Shown here: piece after piece, positions 24,548 through 35,809 of the stretch
Position numbering within the stretch: the stretch's first letter is position 1
Layout of the letters: each line of letters opens with the position of its first letter
Source of the DNA: Elsinoe ampelina
Lineage: Eukaryota
Assembly: GCA_010093995.1 (NCBI GenBank)
Contig: ML992507.1
Location: 1,361,868-1,425,867 of the forward strand
DNA: 64,000 bases
Direction of reading: 5' to 3'
Notes under the pieces: model-generated
Database searches by the model: none
What the model was told of the DNA's origin: nothing
Seen by the model: only the letters and a program-made list of their open reading frames with translations
Made by a program: the position numbers and the translations under genes

Positions 24548-25384
24548 ATGGCTCGAGTATGGCTGATCACAGGATGCTCTTCTGGGTTTGGAGAACAGCT
24601 CACCCGTGAGGTACTCTCACGCGGCGACAAGGTCATAGCTACAGCACGTAACAGTTCTCGTCTGGACGCTCTGAAGTCCGCCGGCGCTGATGTCTTGGAG
24701 CTTGACATGACCTTGAGCTCTTTGGAAATGCAAGAAGTGGCCAAGAAAGCCATCGCTATCCATGGTCACATAGATGTCCTCGTCAACAATGCCGGATCAG
24801 TGCTCGCGGGTGCCATCGAAGAACTCAGCACCGAAGAATGGAGCAGGCAGTTTCAGACCAACTTCTTCGGCCATGTCAACCTGACGACTGCTGTACTACC
24901 ACACATGCGCGAGAGGCGCAGTGGGACAATTGTATTCGTCAGCAGCGTCGCTGCGTGGACTGTGTTCCCCGCCGGCGCTGCGTACAACACGACCAAAGCG
25001 GCATTGAGTATGCTGTCCGAGACGCTGTCGGTGGAGGTGGAGAGCTTTGGTATCAAAGTCTGCAACATCGAGCCAGGATACTTCAGGACGCCACTACCAG
25101 AGAAAGCAAAGTCCGCGACACCAATGGCCGCGTACGACAACACGGTCGTGGGCCAGTCGAGAGACCTATTGGCCTACGTCGAACCATATATCAAAGGTGA
25201 TCTCAAGAAAGGCTGTAGAGCAATCGTCGACGTATTGACAGGGAAGGGTGGGAGGGAAGTACCTACCAGACTGCTGCTCGGAAACGATGCTGCCGTCATG
25301 GTGAAAGGCCGATGCGAGGCTGTATTGCAGGGCGTAGAAGATTTCAAACCAGTGCTTGGAAACACAGACATTGACGAGGCTTAG
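24548..25384 (+). CDS. Classical short-chain dehydrogenase/reductase
   Basis: WLITGCSSGFG, DVLVNNAG, catalytic YNTTK and IEPGYFRT; intronless. Confidence 0.92.
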   Translation: MARVWLITGCSSGFGEQLTREVLSRGDKVIATARNSSRLDALKSAGADVLELDMTLSSLEMQEVAKKAIAIHGHIDVLVNNAGSVLAGAIEELSTEEWSRQFQTNFFGHVNLTTAVLPHMRERRSGTIVFVSSVAAWTVFPAGAAYNTTKAALSMLSETLSVEVESFGIKVCNIEPGYFRTPLPEKAKSATPMAAYDNTVVGQSRDLLAYVEPYIKGDLKKGCRAIVDVLTGKGGREVPTRLLLGNDAAVMVKGRCEAVLQGVEDFKPVLGNTDIDEA

Positions 25385-28115
25385 CATGTAGCATGAGCAT
25401 AATGCGGAACGCGGCCTGAACAAAAGCTTCCTTGACCTGGTCCAATTCGTCGCGCGAAGCGCGCGTTACTGGTTGATCTGCGCAGCTACCTCGAGTTTCA
25501 CGTCGAGATACGAGAAACACTTCTGAGGAGACGCGGGCATCACTGCAGTACCTGATGTTTAACGACCGTGAAGAAATTTTCCCATCCTCTACAACTATGG
25601 TGTTGCAACAGTCTTGCCACACTTGCCGCCAACACGAGTCAAGCTGCATGAAAACACACTCACCGCTCAGGTACGGAAATGGCTTGGTTCTGGAACGCGA
25701 CTCGAGCAACCACGTTGAAAGAGAAGACGTAGAAGGATTATCTCAACAACTTGTCTCGGATTGATGGTAGGAATCTTTTGTCGAAATATCGACGGGGAAT
25801 GTTCCTTTTGAGATAGAGTTGGAACAAATGGAGTTGCTGCGAACGGCTTCAAGGAAACACAGCCAGATTGGAGCGCACGCTGCATCGTCTTCTCCACAGA
25901 GGCGTACAGAGCCCGGGCCAGCTCTTGCACTGGTCGAAACGCTTCTCTGTTAACGTTCCGGTCCGAGTGGGTATACCTGCATGGGCATCTGTGCGTGCTG
26001 CTTATTTGTTGACAGTGTCAATAGACAAGTTGCGTGTTCGTTGTCGGCGGTTCCTGTCGGCCGAACAACCCAGCGGTCAAAATTTAGCCGGGTCAGGAGG
26101 ACCCTGAACCGTAGAATGTTGCTCACGCTGGCCATGCATGTCTCGACGGAAGTAAGGACTGCGCGAGGAATGACAAGCAAGCACGGGCAATCCTGGCAGA
26201 GTCAAGTGTTCAGTGTGATATGGCACGCTGCCGTGCTGCAGTCGTTATCGGCCGAATAGGTTTACGCAGGCGGGAGCGGTGTCGATCACTCCTCCGGATG
26301 GCGTGATGCTAGTCTGACCACGGGATAGCCTCGGGTTGCCCTCCACTCACAAGGTCACGATCTCGGGGGTTGCAATCCAGCCGGATCCAGCCCTCGAGTC
26401 GGATACGCCTCCATATGGCTGGCAAATAGCGGGGAACCATGCCAATCCATGCATGTCCAGGGGGCGACGGGATTGATGAAGCACGCAGCTCGCGTTGGAA
26501 ATTGTTTCAGGACGGACAGCTGACGAGAGATCAAAGCGAAGCGTGAGGGCAGTCTGTGCATCAGTTCGTCATGCGTAATGGAGTGGGGACGGCGGTAAGG
26601 GCAACGACCGTGCGGGCAAACTCGCAACGCTGATTGTCAGGCACTGGGAGGGAGCAGAAGGAGCTTTGTTGTTTGTCCCTCGAGGAATGCGGCCAGAGTG
26701 TGTTTTTCGAAACAAAGCTGTCGGCAGGATTGGCCACGTAGAGGCAGTAGAGCAGCCGGATGAGGAGCTAGGGAACGAGGCCCGCTTGCAGTGAATGAGT
26801 AGCCAGACTGCCAGAGCAGAGCCACAATGACGCTAATGCCAGGATGGCTCGGATAACCTTGGCTGCTAGGCCCTGTTTGGCACTCTTTGGGGTTCCATTG
26901 GTATCCCTCCCGTACCCGGCCTGGCCCTACTACCCAAGTCCACTCACACTTTCATACACCGCTCTCCTGCCCAATCAAAGCTCAGTCAAAGCCTCTGCAA
27001 ACCCTCATGACCTCAAATATCCCCGTTGGACCTAAGACTTGAGACCAGGCAACGACTCGACCGTTCTCGGTACCACGCCACATTGACTTGCACGAGTCCT
27101 ACGAATCCGACGGGAACGTTGGAAACCAATCCAAGCGTGACTCCCCACCAGGCTTGCTCATCAACCTTGTAGCACCTTCCGAGCTCGACGATACCACATA
27201 CCTTACACCTGCTCACTCTTACTCCCTCTTCCGCCGCCTAGATTCTGTTCCATAAGCCTTCTAAACACTTCTATCGAGCCACAGACAACTTCCGTCTCGA
27301 TTGCCCAAGACAAAAGAACATCCATCCGCTTCCGCCTCGCATCCTCCACCTGTCTGCCAACTAGACAACAACTCCTACTCCTAGCTATCTACCCACCTCA
27401 AGAGCTTGGAAACAAACGCACAGGACCTGTACATTCTTGGTCTTTTGGATCTGTATCATACCCAATTGGCCTCCCAGCAAGCTCTACAGCCTCTTGAGCG
27501 CTTATCCTCCTACGCCTTCTACGGGCACAGCCCACCATTCCCCCTCGGGGGCTTCCTTCCAACTCGATACTCCTCTGGTACGATACCGCCAGAGACTCCC
27601 AATCCTTTAGGACGTCGAATTATTCTGGGAGACCCTAGCTGTCTACCTACCACCTCCATCCAGGATACCGAAGCAGACTACCGTCCACTCTTTTGATCGA
27701 CCGAGTCGACTCGGTCCGTAGACTGCCTCTGCACTTTTGCTACCTTTGCTCGACTGCTTGGTTTACAGCCCAATCAATGATACCCACGACACAACGATTT
27801 TGATCTGCACACTGCGTTCTTTTGGCTTATCTACCACAATCTACTGCCTACTACTGCCTACTACATTCCCCGACTACTACCTACTCCAGCCTACTACACT
27901 CCCCAACTACTGCCTACAACAGCCCCCGAAGCAAGCTGCATGTCTGCTTAGGAACTACCACGACTGCAATCTGCTCGATCTAGACCTTTGACACGAGATT
28001 TGCTACTTGCTCGTCTTGAAGGTCTGATCTTGCTGCCTACTCCTCTACTGCCTTCTCGTTGGACCTTTCTTCCGGATACCCCAAACAACCCCCAAAACCT
28101 TCCCACACTACCACA

Positions 28116-30107
28116 ATGGACTGCATGCAGGACAATTTCAAGAAGGATGTCATCCTTGGCGGTCGTTTCAAGACCATCGCTCCCCTTAACCATGGAACCT
28201 TCGGTATGGTCTTCAAGGGTCGCGACCTCAACACCGGAGACACTGTCGCCTTGAAGTGTCTGACCAAGAAACTACCAGAAGGTGTGCAATCCCCTTGCCC
28301 TTCTGCACTGGCCGTCGATGATCGCTCCGAGGAGCTCGAGATCCACAACCGCATTGGGCATCACCGCAACATTGTCAATCTCATTGCCTCCTTCGAGACC
28401 GAGAACCATGCCTACCTTGTTCTCGAATACTGCGCCAACGGAGACCTGTACGAGGCCATCCGTGCTGGCAAAGGACCTCTGGAGACTGAACACGTCCGCG
28501 ACTTCATGCTCCAGCTTGTCACTGCCGTCATGTGCTTGCACGACAATGGTATCTATCACCGTGACATCAAGCCTGAAAACATCTTCCTGTCTCAAGACGG
28601 ATCCATGAAGCTTGGTGATTTTGGTCTTGCTACTACCGAATCCTGGACAAACGAGTATGGCGTTGGTAGCGATCGCTACATGGCACCGGAACAATTCGAC
28701 TCGACCGCAACTGGCGGCTACGCTCCTGCAGCTGCTGACATCTGGGCAATTGGCATTTGCTTGCTGAACGTCCTCTTCGGTCGGAATCCCTTTGCCATGC
28801 CCACCCATCACGACCCGCTTTTTGCCGACTACGTCCGCGATCGTCAATCCCTCTTCGATGTCTTCCCAAACATGTCCCAAGACACGTACAATGTTCTTGT
28901 GCACTGTCTGGCATTGGACCCGACGAGACGCTCTTTGACGGCTTTGCGTGACGCTCTCCGTGCGGTCGTCAGCTTCACCACGGATGACGAGTCGCTCGAT
29001 GACTTCTGCAGCGGTAACGACAACGTCGTTGGTGCTACTCAAGGCAGAGAGCCACTTCGTACCCCATCTGTAACCAGCCCGCAGGTCGACAACGGCAACT
29101 CATTTCCCTGGGCCAAGGCTCTGCAGACGAGCCCCCAGAAGCATCATCGCCAGCTTTCTGTCATTCAGGATGCCGACGAGATGTTCCCTGCTCCCGCGAA
29201 AAAGTCATTCGAGCCGGACGTCGCCTCTCTTGCATCTGCTCTGGACTCTGGTATTGGCATGTCATACAAGTCAAGCAATATCTCAACTGCTCCTATCAGT
29301 GTTCCCTTCTCTACTTCGCTTCCCACTTCTCGTGCCATGGCTTCTATCTATGGCAAGGACCATGAGCTCTTCTCAAAGAGCTGGAGCGATCTGTGGGAGG
29401 AAGAAGAGGAGGAGAAGCAGCGTTCCTCTCTCGACCTCGACGACCATCATTTCGACCTCGCTCCCTACAAGCCTGAGGAATCTTGCCTCACCAGGTCGAG
29501 TACCCCTGCGATTGACATCAAGCCTTCTTCCCGTGGTAGCAGCACTCCCCGCATGGGCCTGTCCGAATTGAGTAATGCCAACAGCCGCAGCCAGAGCCCT
29601 TCTCTACCTCGTCTTGGTCAGTTCTCATTTGGTCAGTTCGCCAAATCTGCGCCCCAGAAGGATGCTCCTCTCAAGCGTACCGGCTCTTCTCTCATGGACA
29701 AATGGGCGGCACTTGGCAACTTGAGGCGTGGCAACAACAGCACTACGCCTCAAACGCCTCGCCATGCCACCGGCACAAATACTCCCACAAAACCTGCCGC
29801 AACTCCCACCCCGATCACGAATGCGAAGCGTAGCAAGACTCGCGATCGTTCAAGCAGCTGGCGGAAGAACGTCGCAGGCACGTCTCCTTTCTCCAATGAG
29901 CGCTGGAACCTCAGCAAGGACTGGCGTTCTCCCCAGCAACCAAATTACACCACTGAACCACTCCCCTCATTTACGCCCTCCAAATCACGAAATTCTGGAC
30001 TTTTCACGCAGCAACGACGCAAATCCCCACGACGAGGACAAGCTTCCTCTAATGATGACATTGGCGACCTTGAGTGGAATGGAGGTTGGTTAGACCTCCA
30101 TTCGTAG
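28116..30107 (+). CDS. KSP1: Ser/Thr protein kinase, Ran1/Pat1-Ksp1 family
   Basis: LNHGTFGMVF, ALKCL, GDLYEAI, YHRDIKPENIFL, DFGLAT, VGSDRYMAPE and DIWAIGICLLN, then a long Ser/Pro-rich tail. First ATG at 28116. Confidence 0.8.
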   Translation: MDCMQDNFKKDVILGGRFKTIAPLNHGTFGMVFKGRDLNTGDTVALKCLTKKLPEGVQSPCPSALAVDDRSEELEIHNRIGHHRNIVNLIASFETENHAYLVLEYCANGDLYEAIRAGKGPLETEHVRDFMLQLVTAVMCLHDNGIYHRDIKPENIFLSQDGSMKLGDFGLATTESWTNEYGVGSDRYMAPEQFDSTATGGYAPAAADIWAIGICLLNVLFGRNPFAMPTHHDPLFADYVRDRQSLFDVFPNMSQDTYNVLVHCLALDPTRRSLTALRDALRAVVSFTTDDESLDDFCSGNDNVVGATQGREPLRTPSVTSPQVDNGNSFPWAKALQTSPQKHHRQLSVIQDADEMFPAPAKKSFEPDVASLASALDSGIGMSYKSSNISTAPISVPFSTSLPTSRAMASIYGKDHELFSKSWSDLWEEEEEEKQRSSLDLDDHHFDLAPYKPEESCLTRSSTPAIDIKPSSRGSSTPRMGLSELSNANSRSQSPSLPRLGQFSFGQFAKSAPQKDAPLKRTGSSLMDKWAALGNLRRGNNSTTPQTPRHATGTNTPTKPAATPTPITNAKRSKTRDRSSSWRKNVAGTSPFSNERWNLSKDWRSPQQPNYTTEPLPSFTPSKSRNSGLFTQQRRKSPRRGQASSNDDIGDLEWNGGWLDLHS

Positions 30108-31299
30108 CCCAGCACGCACCGCATCTTCTTTCCTTCACTTTGATCTTCTACTTTCGCCCTGGACATATTTGAACAACCAAAAACATTCAGAATGAACAAT
30201 CTCCTCGGACGACACGTTCCGATACTCCTGTACAATCACCACCTCTTCTGCAGCCAACCTCCCGACCATCTCCACCACAGTACAGCTCTTGACACTTTCT
30301 TCGCACTTTGGGATTCCTTTGTCCAAGCATTTTAGCGACTGTCTATACTAGCAATCTTCAATACAAGCGGAACATCAACACTTCCGCCGGCGGCTCGAAA
30401 ACCTTCTCAAAAGAATCGTACCTTCTGGATGGGAAAAAGCTATTCTTAAATCATATTGTCGATGAGCGACAGGTCTTGTTAGAGGCCCATCAGTTTCTTT
30501 ACTCCATGTTCCACTCCTCAGCTAGTACGCCACGGCTGGAAAGCAGGGGAGGGAATTACTTCTGATACCCAAGAAATCTCGTTATATTTATTTTTCTTAC
30601 CACATCACACACTTTTGCTACCGCAAGGTGACAAAAACAACTCCGCTGGCTGCGGAAGGGGATAGATGGTGCTTGCTAGCATGCATGCATCTTGTCAGAG
30701 GAGGAGATAACATGGGCGACGCGAGAAGAATGAAAGACGATCGACGACGAATGGCGCGACTGGTCTCGCTGTCTATGGACAGGATGCCAGCTTTTAGGTA
30801 GACTGAAACCCCCTTGAAGGGGGCTAAACATGGACTCTTATCCACTCACGCTATGGTGCCATTTATACCTTTTCTAACCCCATGTGATACCGTGACCAAA
30901 CATCAACTTGTCAGATATGCGTACATGTTCCTGTTAGCTTATAGAAACTACCAGCTGCAGATAGATGTGCATGGATGCAGGACGGCGTAAATGCTTCCTG
31001 CACGACTGACTACTCGCCGAGGGGATACCGGCCGCTGAGTAATCGGTGTATGCTCACGTCGCTATCTAGCTCTGCGATTTCGAGTGTCAGCCATTTCAGT
31101 AGCTGTATCTGCTTTTTTCACAATCACGACAAAATTCTATGGTAAGTAGGATGTGAGCATCCTTTTGGTCTGACCAATCGTTGCAAGCCACCGGCGTGTG
31201 CCACAGGATGAGTCGAAGTTGCTCTAAAAGCATCCCACCTCGTGTCGCCTGCATCGCTGACCAGGTCCGCTTTACGGACTTCCTACCAGCGGACACATT

Positions 31300-32739
31300 A
31301 TGCCGGTCACTCTACGCATACCCGAGTGCGCTCCGAGAAAGGTGTATTGTCCTGGCAAGGACATCAAGACGACAGAAGAGCTCTTCAAGTCATCTTGTCC
31401 AGATGATACTCGAAAGAGCAAAAGAGTGTTGCAAAGCTCCTTCACCAACGAATTCCTGCAGCAGAACCACGTTCATTCATGCAGCAATGGGTTCGTCAGG
31501 GCTGCCGTGGACGCTTACAGTGGACACCACCATCTGACCATTCGACCCGAGGATGTCTGGTTCGCCATATTGTCCCAATTGAGCTTCTACATCAACGCGC
31601 ACGCCGAGGAACTTCGACATTTCTTTGTTGCCCACGAGGGACAGAAGGAGGTCGAGGTTGTAAGCGGGGGAAACATCTACACTGTAGACATGGGACAGCT
31701 TGCTCGTGCAATGACGACGGAAATGCAGAAGCACATCTGCGACCCCGACTTACGCACGTGGGTCATGCCGAACTTCAGTACCACCACTGATCAGGATCGT
31801 GCTACTGCAGCTGTACTGATGATGGGCTCTCTACAGAAATACTTCAAGTATCAATTCACTTTGAGATGCGGCCTTCCGTCTATCACTCTGCTGGGTGAGC
31901 GCAGCGACTGGGAGAAGATCTTGCTGCGTTTGGACAAACTATCCATGCTCGGTTCAGAAACAACGACGTTCATGAATCTACTTCGACCGATCCTTCGTCG
32001 TTTCGTGGAGTCGTTTGATGATCAACCATCACCCTCGGTGTACGATTTCTGGACCAAGATAGCGCATCACACTGGTGGCAGCGGTCCCAAAGTGGTCACT
32101 GGCTGGATCACCGGCTTCTGCTTCTGGAACAGCATGGGAGAATGTCTGGTGGGCTCGACGACTGCGTGGCCTAAGAGAAGTCGGCATGTGGGTCTTGAGC
32201 TGGACGAGATGGTGTACCACGCTGTTGATTCGAGTGACATCCCTCCCGGACACGCCTCTGTTCCTATGACGGTGGACGACAATGGGAGAATATACAAGAC
32301 TAGGATGGTAGCTGGCTCATTCGCGCAGCTCGTCACACGGAGCGGCGGGTTGACACGAGCCATGGAGATTCAGGAACTGCATAGAAATGGTCACTCTCCT
32401 GTTGTTCGCCCGGAGGACGATCCACAAGAGCTACTGCTAGATTCGTTACAACCGATTTCAGGCTGGCTAATGTACGAAAGGACTGCAGAAGATGATTCAG
32501 ACACAGAAAACAACGAATTGAAGGAGCTCAAAGGTCGAACGGCACAACAAGGTGTTGGCCAAGATGCGTTGCTCGCTGACAATACCAGAGAGCAACTGGA
32601 AGCACGGCGAGCTCTACTGCTTGCCCACCAGCAAGCCATAGCCGAAGAGTCAGCCAAACGGGTCACTCCCTGGATCCCTTGCACAATGGTACATTACCCG
32701 CGCAAGCGCAAGCGGGTCAGAGCCAGCTCCGGTGAATAG
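31300..32739 (+). CDS. DUF4419-like protein
   Basis: NGFVRAAVDAYSGHHHLTIRPEDVWFAILSQ, HAEELR, PNFSTTT, MMGSLQKYF and CGLPSITLLGERSDW motifs. Confidence 0.78.
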   Translation: MPVTLRIPECAPRKVYCPGKDIKTTEELFKSSCPDDTRKSKRVLQSSFTNEFLQQNHVHSCSNGFVRAAVDAYSGHHHLTIRPEDVWFAILSQLSFYINAHAEELRHFFVAHEGQKEVEVVSGGNIYTVDMGQLARAMTTEMQKHICDPDLRTWVMPNFSTTTDQDRATAAVLMMGSLQKYFKYQFTLRCGLPSITLLGERSDWEKILLRLDKLSMLGSETTTFMNLLRPILRRFVESFDDQPSPSVYDFWTKIAHHTGGSGPKVVTGWITGFCFWNSMGECLVGSTTAWPKRSRHVGLELDEMVYHAVDSSDIPPGHASVPMTVDDNGRIYKTRMVAGSFAQLVTRSGGLTRAMEIQELHRNGHSPVVRPEDDPQELLLDSLQPISGWLMYERTAEDDSDTENNELKELKGRTAQQGVGQDALLADNTREQLEARRALLLAHQQAIAEESAKRVTPWIPCTMVHYPRKRKRVRASSGE

Positions 32740-32801
32740 CCAAACAAGCTGATGACGACTTTCCTTCCATTGCACTGATACGTCGACCTCTACCGTTCAG
32801 A

Positions 32802-33311
32802 TCATACGACATTCGTTGTCTGCGCCGCTTCCTGCACACTCGCGGTGAACGTCACGGTGACAGTACGAGTATTGCCAGCCTCACCCCTCTTCCTCGCATC
32901 CGCGCGGCACTGATCTCTCCCCTCGCGGATATACATCTTCTCCGCGTCTCGCATCTTCACTTTCTCCTCCAGGCTGCGCACTTTCCCATTGCAGCGCTGG
33001 AGATCATCGAGGAGACCCCGGACTCGCTCGGTGTGCACTATGGCCATCTTCTGCATGCACTGCTTTTCTTCGTCGACTTCGCAGAAGTAGCCTTTTTTGT
33101 CACTCCAGGCGCAGCTTTCGGGACATATGTCGGCCTGGAGTGGGTGTTAGTGAGCTCAGGGAGCGGGGGGGGGGGAAGCGTGACTGACTTGGGTGTAGGA
33201 GTTGAGCTTTTCTGACTCGGGGAGGATCACGGAGCCGGGGACGTTACTGGGAAGTAGAATCTTGGCTGTTGCGGTGGCTGCGGTGAGGGCGAGGAGCGGG
33301 AGGAGCTTCAT
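32802..33311 (-). CDS. Small secreted cysteine-containing protein (151 aa); 2 exons (intron 33135-33188)
   Basis: MKLLPLLALTAATATA signal peptide. Intron GTCAGT...ACTAAC...CAG joins in frame to ORF 32802-33056; 6 Cys. Confidence 0.75.
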
Positions 33312-34311
33312 CTCGCTGGTGTTGGCGTTGGCGTACTCTGTTGTCTGGATTCAGGACCGCTGGGACACTGCGGTAATGGTGGTTTTGTGATTGCGAGAAA
33401 CGACACTGACATATCGACTTTGGATGTATTTGACAAAATTTTCAAATTGCGTGCGAAGTAGAGTTCAACATCAAGCAAAAGCATCGAGTGGATGACCATG
33501 TAGAGAGCTCCACTTACTACTATGTGTACTTACGTGTCTAGAACTATGCTTTATTCACAAATTCCAAGTAGGGTCATCTAATCCATAATACTGACGACCC
33601 AATGGCCATGAAAGTACTCATTTGGCAGGATGGATTACGTGGACATGCATGAAGAAGGCAAGGTTATGGCTGGACTGTGGTGCCTCTATATAGCCCAAAT
33701 CTTAACCGAGGTTAAATTTTGGGCTTGAATCACATCTGGCACCTTAATATTCCTCTTTTCCGTTACTTTTGCCTCAAATGCTTGCTTCCAGAAGAATGAC
33801 TAATGGATCGACTGGAACTGTGCAATCTTACCGCATATGCGGAAATTTGGGGCTCCTGATCATATCGTACTAGACGCCGAATCCTCCACACCGTGGCGAG
33901 CAGCTTGACAGCAGCACTTGCTCCAAACCACATGACTACCTGGCTGTCGCACGGAGACTGACGTCTAGCCCTGCTTATTGATTTGGTTTGCGAGCTACTG
34001 TCAAGTGAACGGAGCTCATAGCCCGACTGTCCTTGCCACCGAGACATTCGCCCGCAGAACTCGAACAGTTGCCATGCTGAAACTGCAACGGTCGGCTGCC
34101 AGGTCGTTTGACAGCATCAAGTCCTACCGAAATTCCGGAAGGATACTATGACACATGTCATCGGTGTGTCAGGTTGCTCTCTGCACGGCTCTCCTCTTTG
34201 AGGGAGTCCTGGCCGTATGTCATTGCCATCTGATTCAGACATATATCCATCGCGAAATGGTTCGCAGGTGAGCGCGTTTTTTCCTTCTCGCAACATTTCT
34301 ATCCTACCAAG

Positions 34312-35751
34312 ATGCGTTTATTCCTAACGACTTCCTTGCTGGCGGCTTCCCTGGTGGAAGCACAAGCCCAGAATCATCATTCCACTGAAGAGCTTATGTC
34401 ACGAGATACTACTGGTACCAAGAAGACCTGCACTAATGGCGTCCGCTATATCAATGGACGATACTGTAATGTTGAGTGTCAAGTCAGACGACCAGCAGAG
34501 AAGTACAGAACAGTCAAGGTCGCTGGGCTATCCAAGTGTATCTCCACTTGCGCAAAGGATCTGCGCTGTTGGCATGCTCAGTACAATCGGGACAACCAAA
34601 ACTGTACATTGCGCAAAAAGCTGGGGAGGAAGATAGCTACACCTCAGTTCGACTCTGTCGTTTGTTCAGATCCGATCCCGATGTCATCCCTGAGCATATC
34701 CAACGGAGTGACAGTCATTGTCACCCCAAAGCAAGGATTTGGTAGCCAAACAACTTCGCAACTCATCTCGACGACGATCAGCCCGAGCCTCGAAAGCACT
34801 CCGACTGATGTCTCTTCGACAAAGTCGCAGGGTCCCAATACAGATGACGGCGGTAACTCAGCTGCATCGACTGCTAGGCCACCCTCCGATTTATCCACGA
34901 GCCTGACATCCTCCGCGTTGGCATCATCAACGACAAGTGCAAGCCTGATTCAGAGCTCGGTTCCAAGCAACAACTCAATGACGACCGTCTCCGAAGTCTC
35001 TCCTTCCAGCACAACATCATCGGATGTGAACAGCACATTGCAAATTACATCCTCAAGCTCTGCTACATCATCAGGCTCGACATCCTTCAGCTCCAGTGTA
35101 ACGAGAGTCACGACTAAAGTAAGCACAAGCTCAGTGAGTGAGGCGGTCAGCCCATCGACAACGATCTCCACTACAACAAGTCGCACGTCTTCAATCCCCA
35201 GTACAACCTCAGCCACGACCACCACAAGCATGACGACGACGACCAGCACAACGTCCTCCACGACAAGGTCAATAGCACCAACAGGCACGCCCTTCAGAAT
35301 CGCAGCCTACATCTCCACAGCCACAGACGCACGATGGCTCGTCATTCAGTCCGACGAGGCATCCGGCGACTTTCTCGTCTGGGATGAGTTCACCGTCGCC
35401 ACGAACGCCTCTAGATTTTCCATATCATCTGCTTCTTCATCTCTGGCCTCGCTATCCGATGGTGCGAGCAAGTACACACAGGCATACTCCGAGGGAGAAG
35501 TGCTCCGCTTCAAGACCCAATCCCCGACGATTGGTGGCATCGTGCTCCGCCGTGTCCCGACCAGCTCGACGACGACAGCAGCGGTGGGCAAGATGGCTAT
35601 CGTGAAGAAGGGGGCAGCGACGCTTATGGATCCGTGGGCGCTGTGCGAGACGGATATGACCCGGGCTGGGGCTATGGTTGTGAAGTACCTGCCTGTGAAT
35701 CTGATGGATGGGTGCAGGAGGGCGGTGTTAACTGTTGACTATGATGTATAA
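34312..35751 (+). CDS. Secreted protein with Cys-rich PAN/Apple-like N-terminal domain and Ser/Thr-rich linker
   Basis: Signal peptide MRLFLTTSLLAASLVEA, CISTC...C..AQY....NCTLR spacing, a Ser/Thr-rich stalk of about 200 aa, and a C-terminal globular region. Confidence 0.72.
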   Translation: MRLFLTTSLLAASLVEAQAQNHHSTEELMSRDTTGTKKTCTNGVRYINGRYCNVECQVRRPAEKYRTVKVAGLSKCISTCAKDLRCWHAQYNRDNQNCTLRKKLGRKIATPQFDSVVCSDPIPMSSLSISNGVTVIVTPKQGFGSQTTSQLISTTISPSLESTPTDVSSTKSQGPNTDDGGNSAASTARPPSDLSTSLTSSALASSTTSASLIQSSVPSNNSMTTVSEVSPSSTTSSDVNSTLQITSSSSATSSGSTSFSSSVTRVTTKVSTSSVSEAVSPSTTISTTTSRTSSIPSTTSATTTTSMTTTTSTTSSTTRSIAPTGTPFRIAAYISTATDARWLVIQSDEASGDFLVWDEFTVATNASRFSISSASSSLASLSDGASKYTQAYSEGEVLRFKTQSPTIGGIVLRRVPTSSTTTAAVGKMAIVKKGAATLMDPWALCETDMTRAGAMVVKYLPVNLMDGCRRAVLTVDYDV

Positions 35752-35809
35752 TGTATGTATGATATGTTACTAAAGCGAACATGCACACATCGAAGCACGT
35801 TACATGAAA

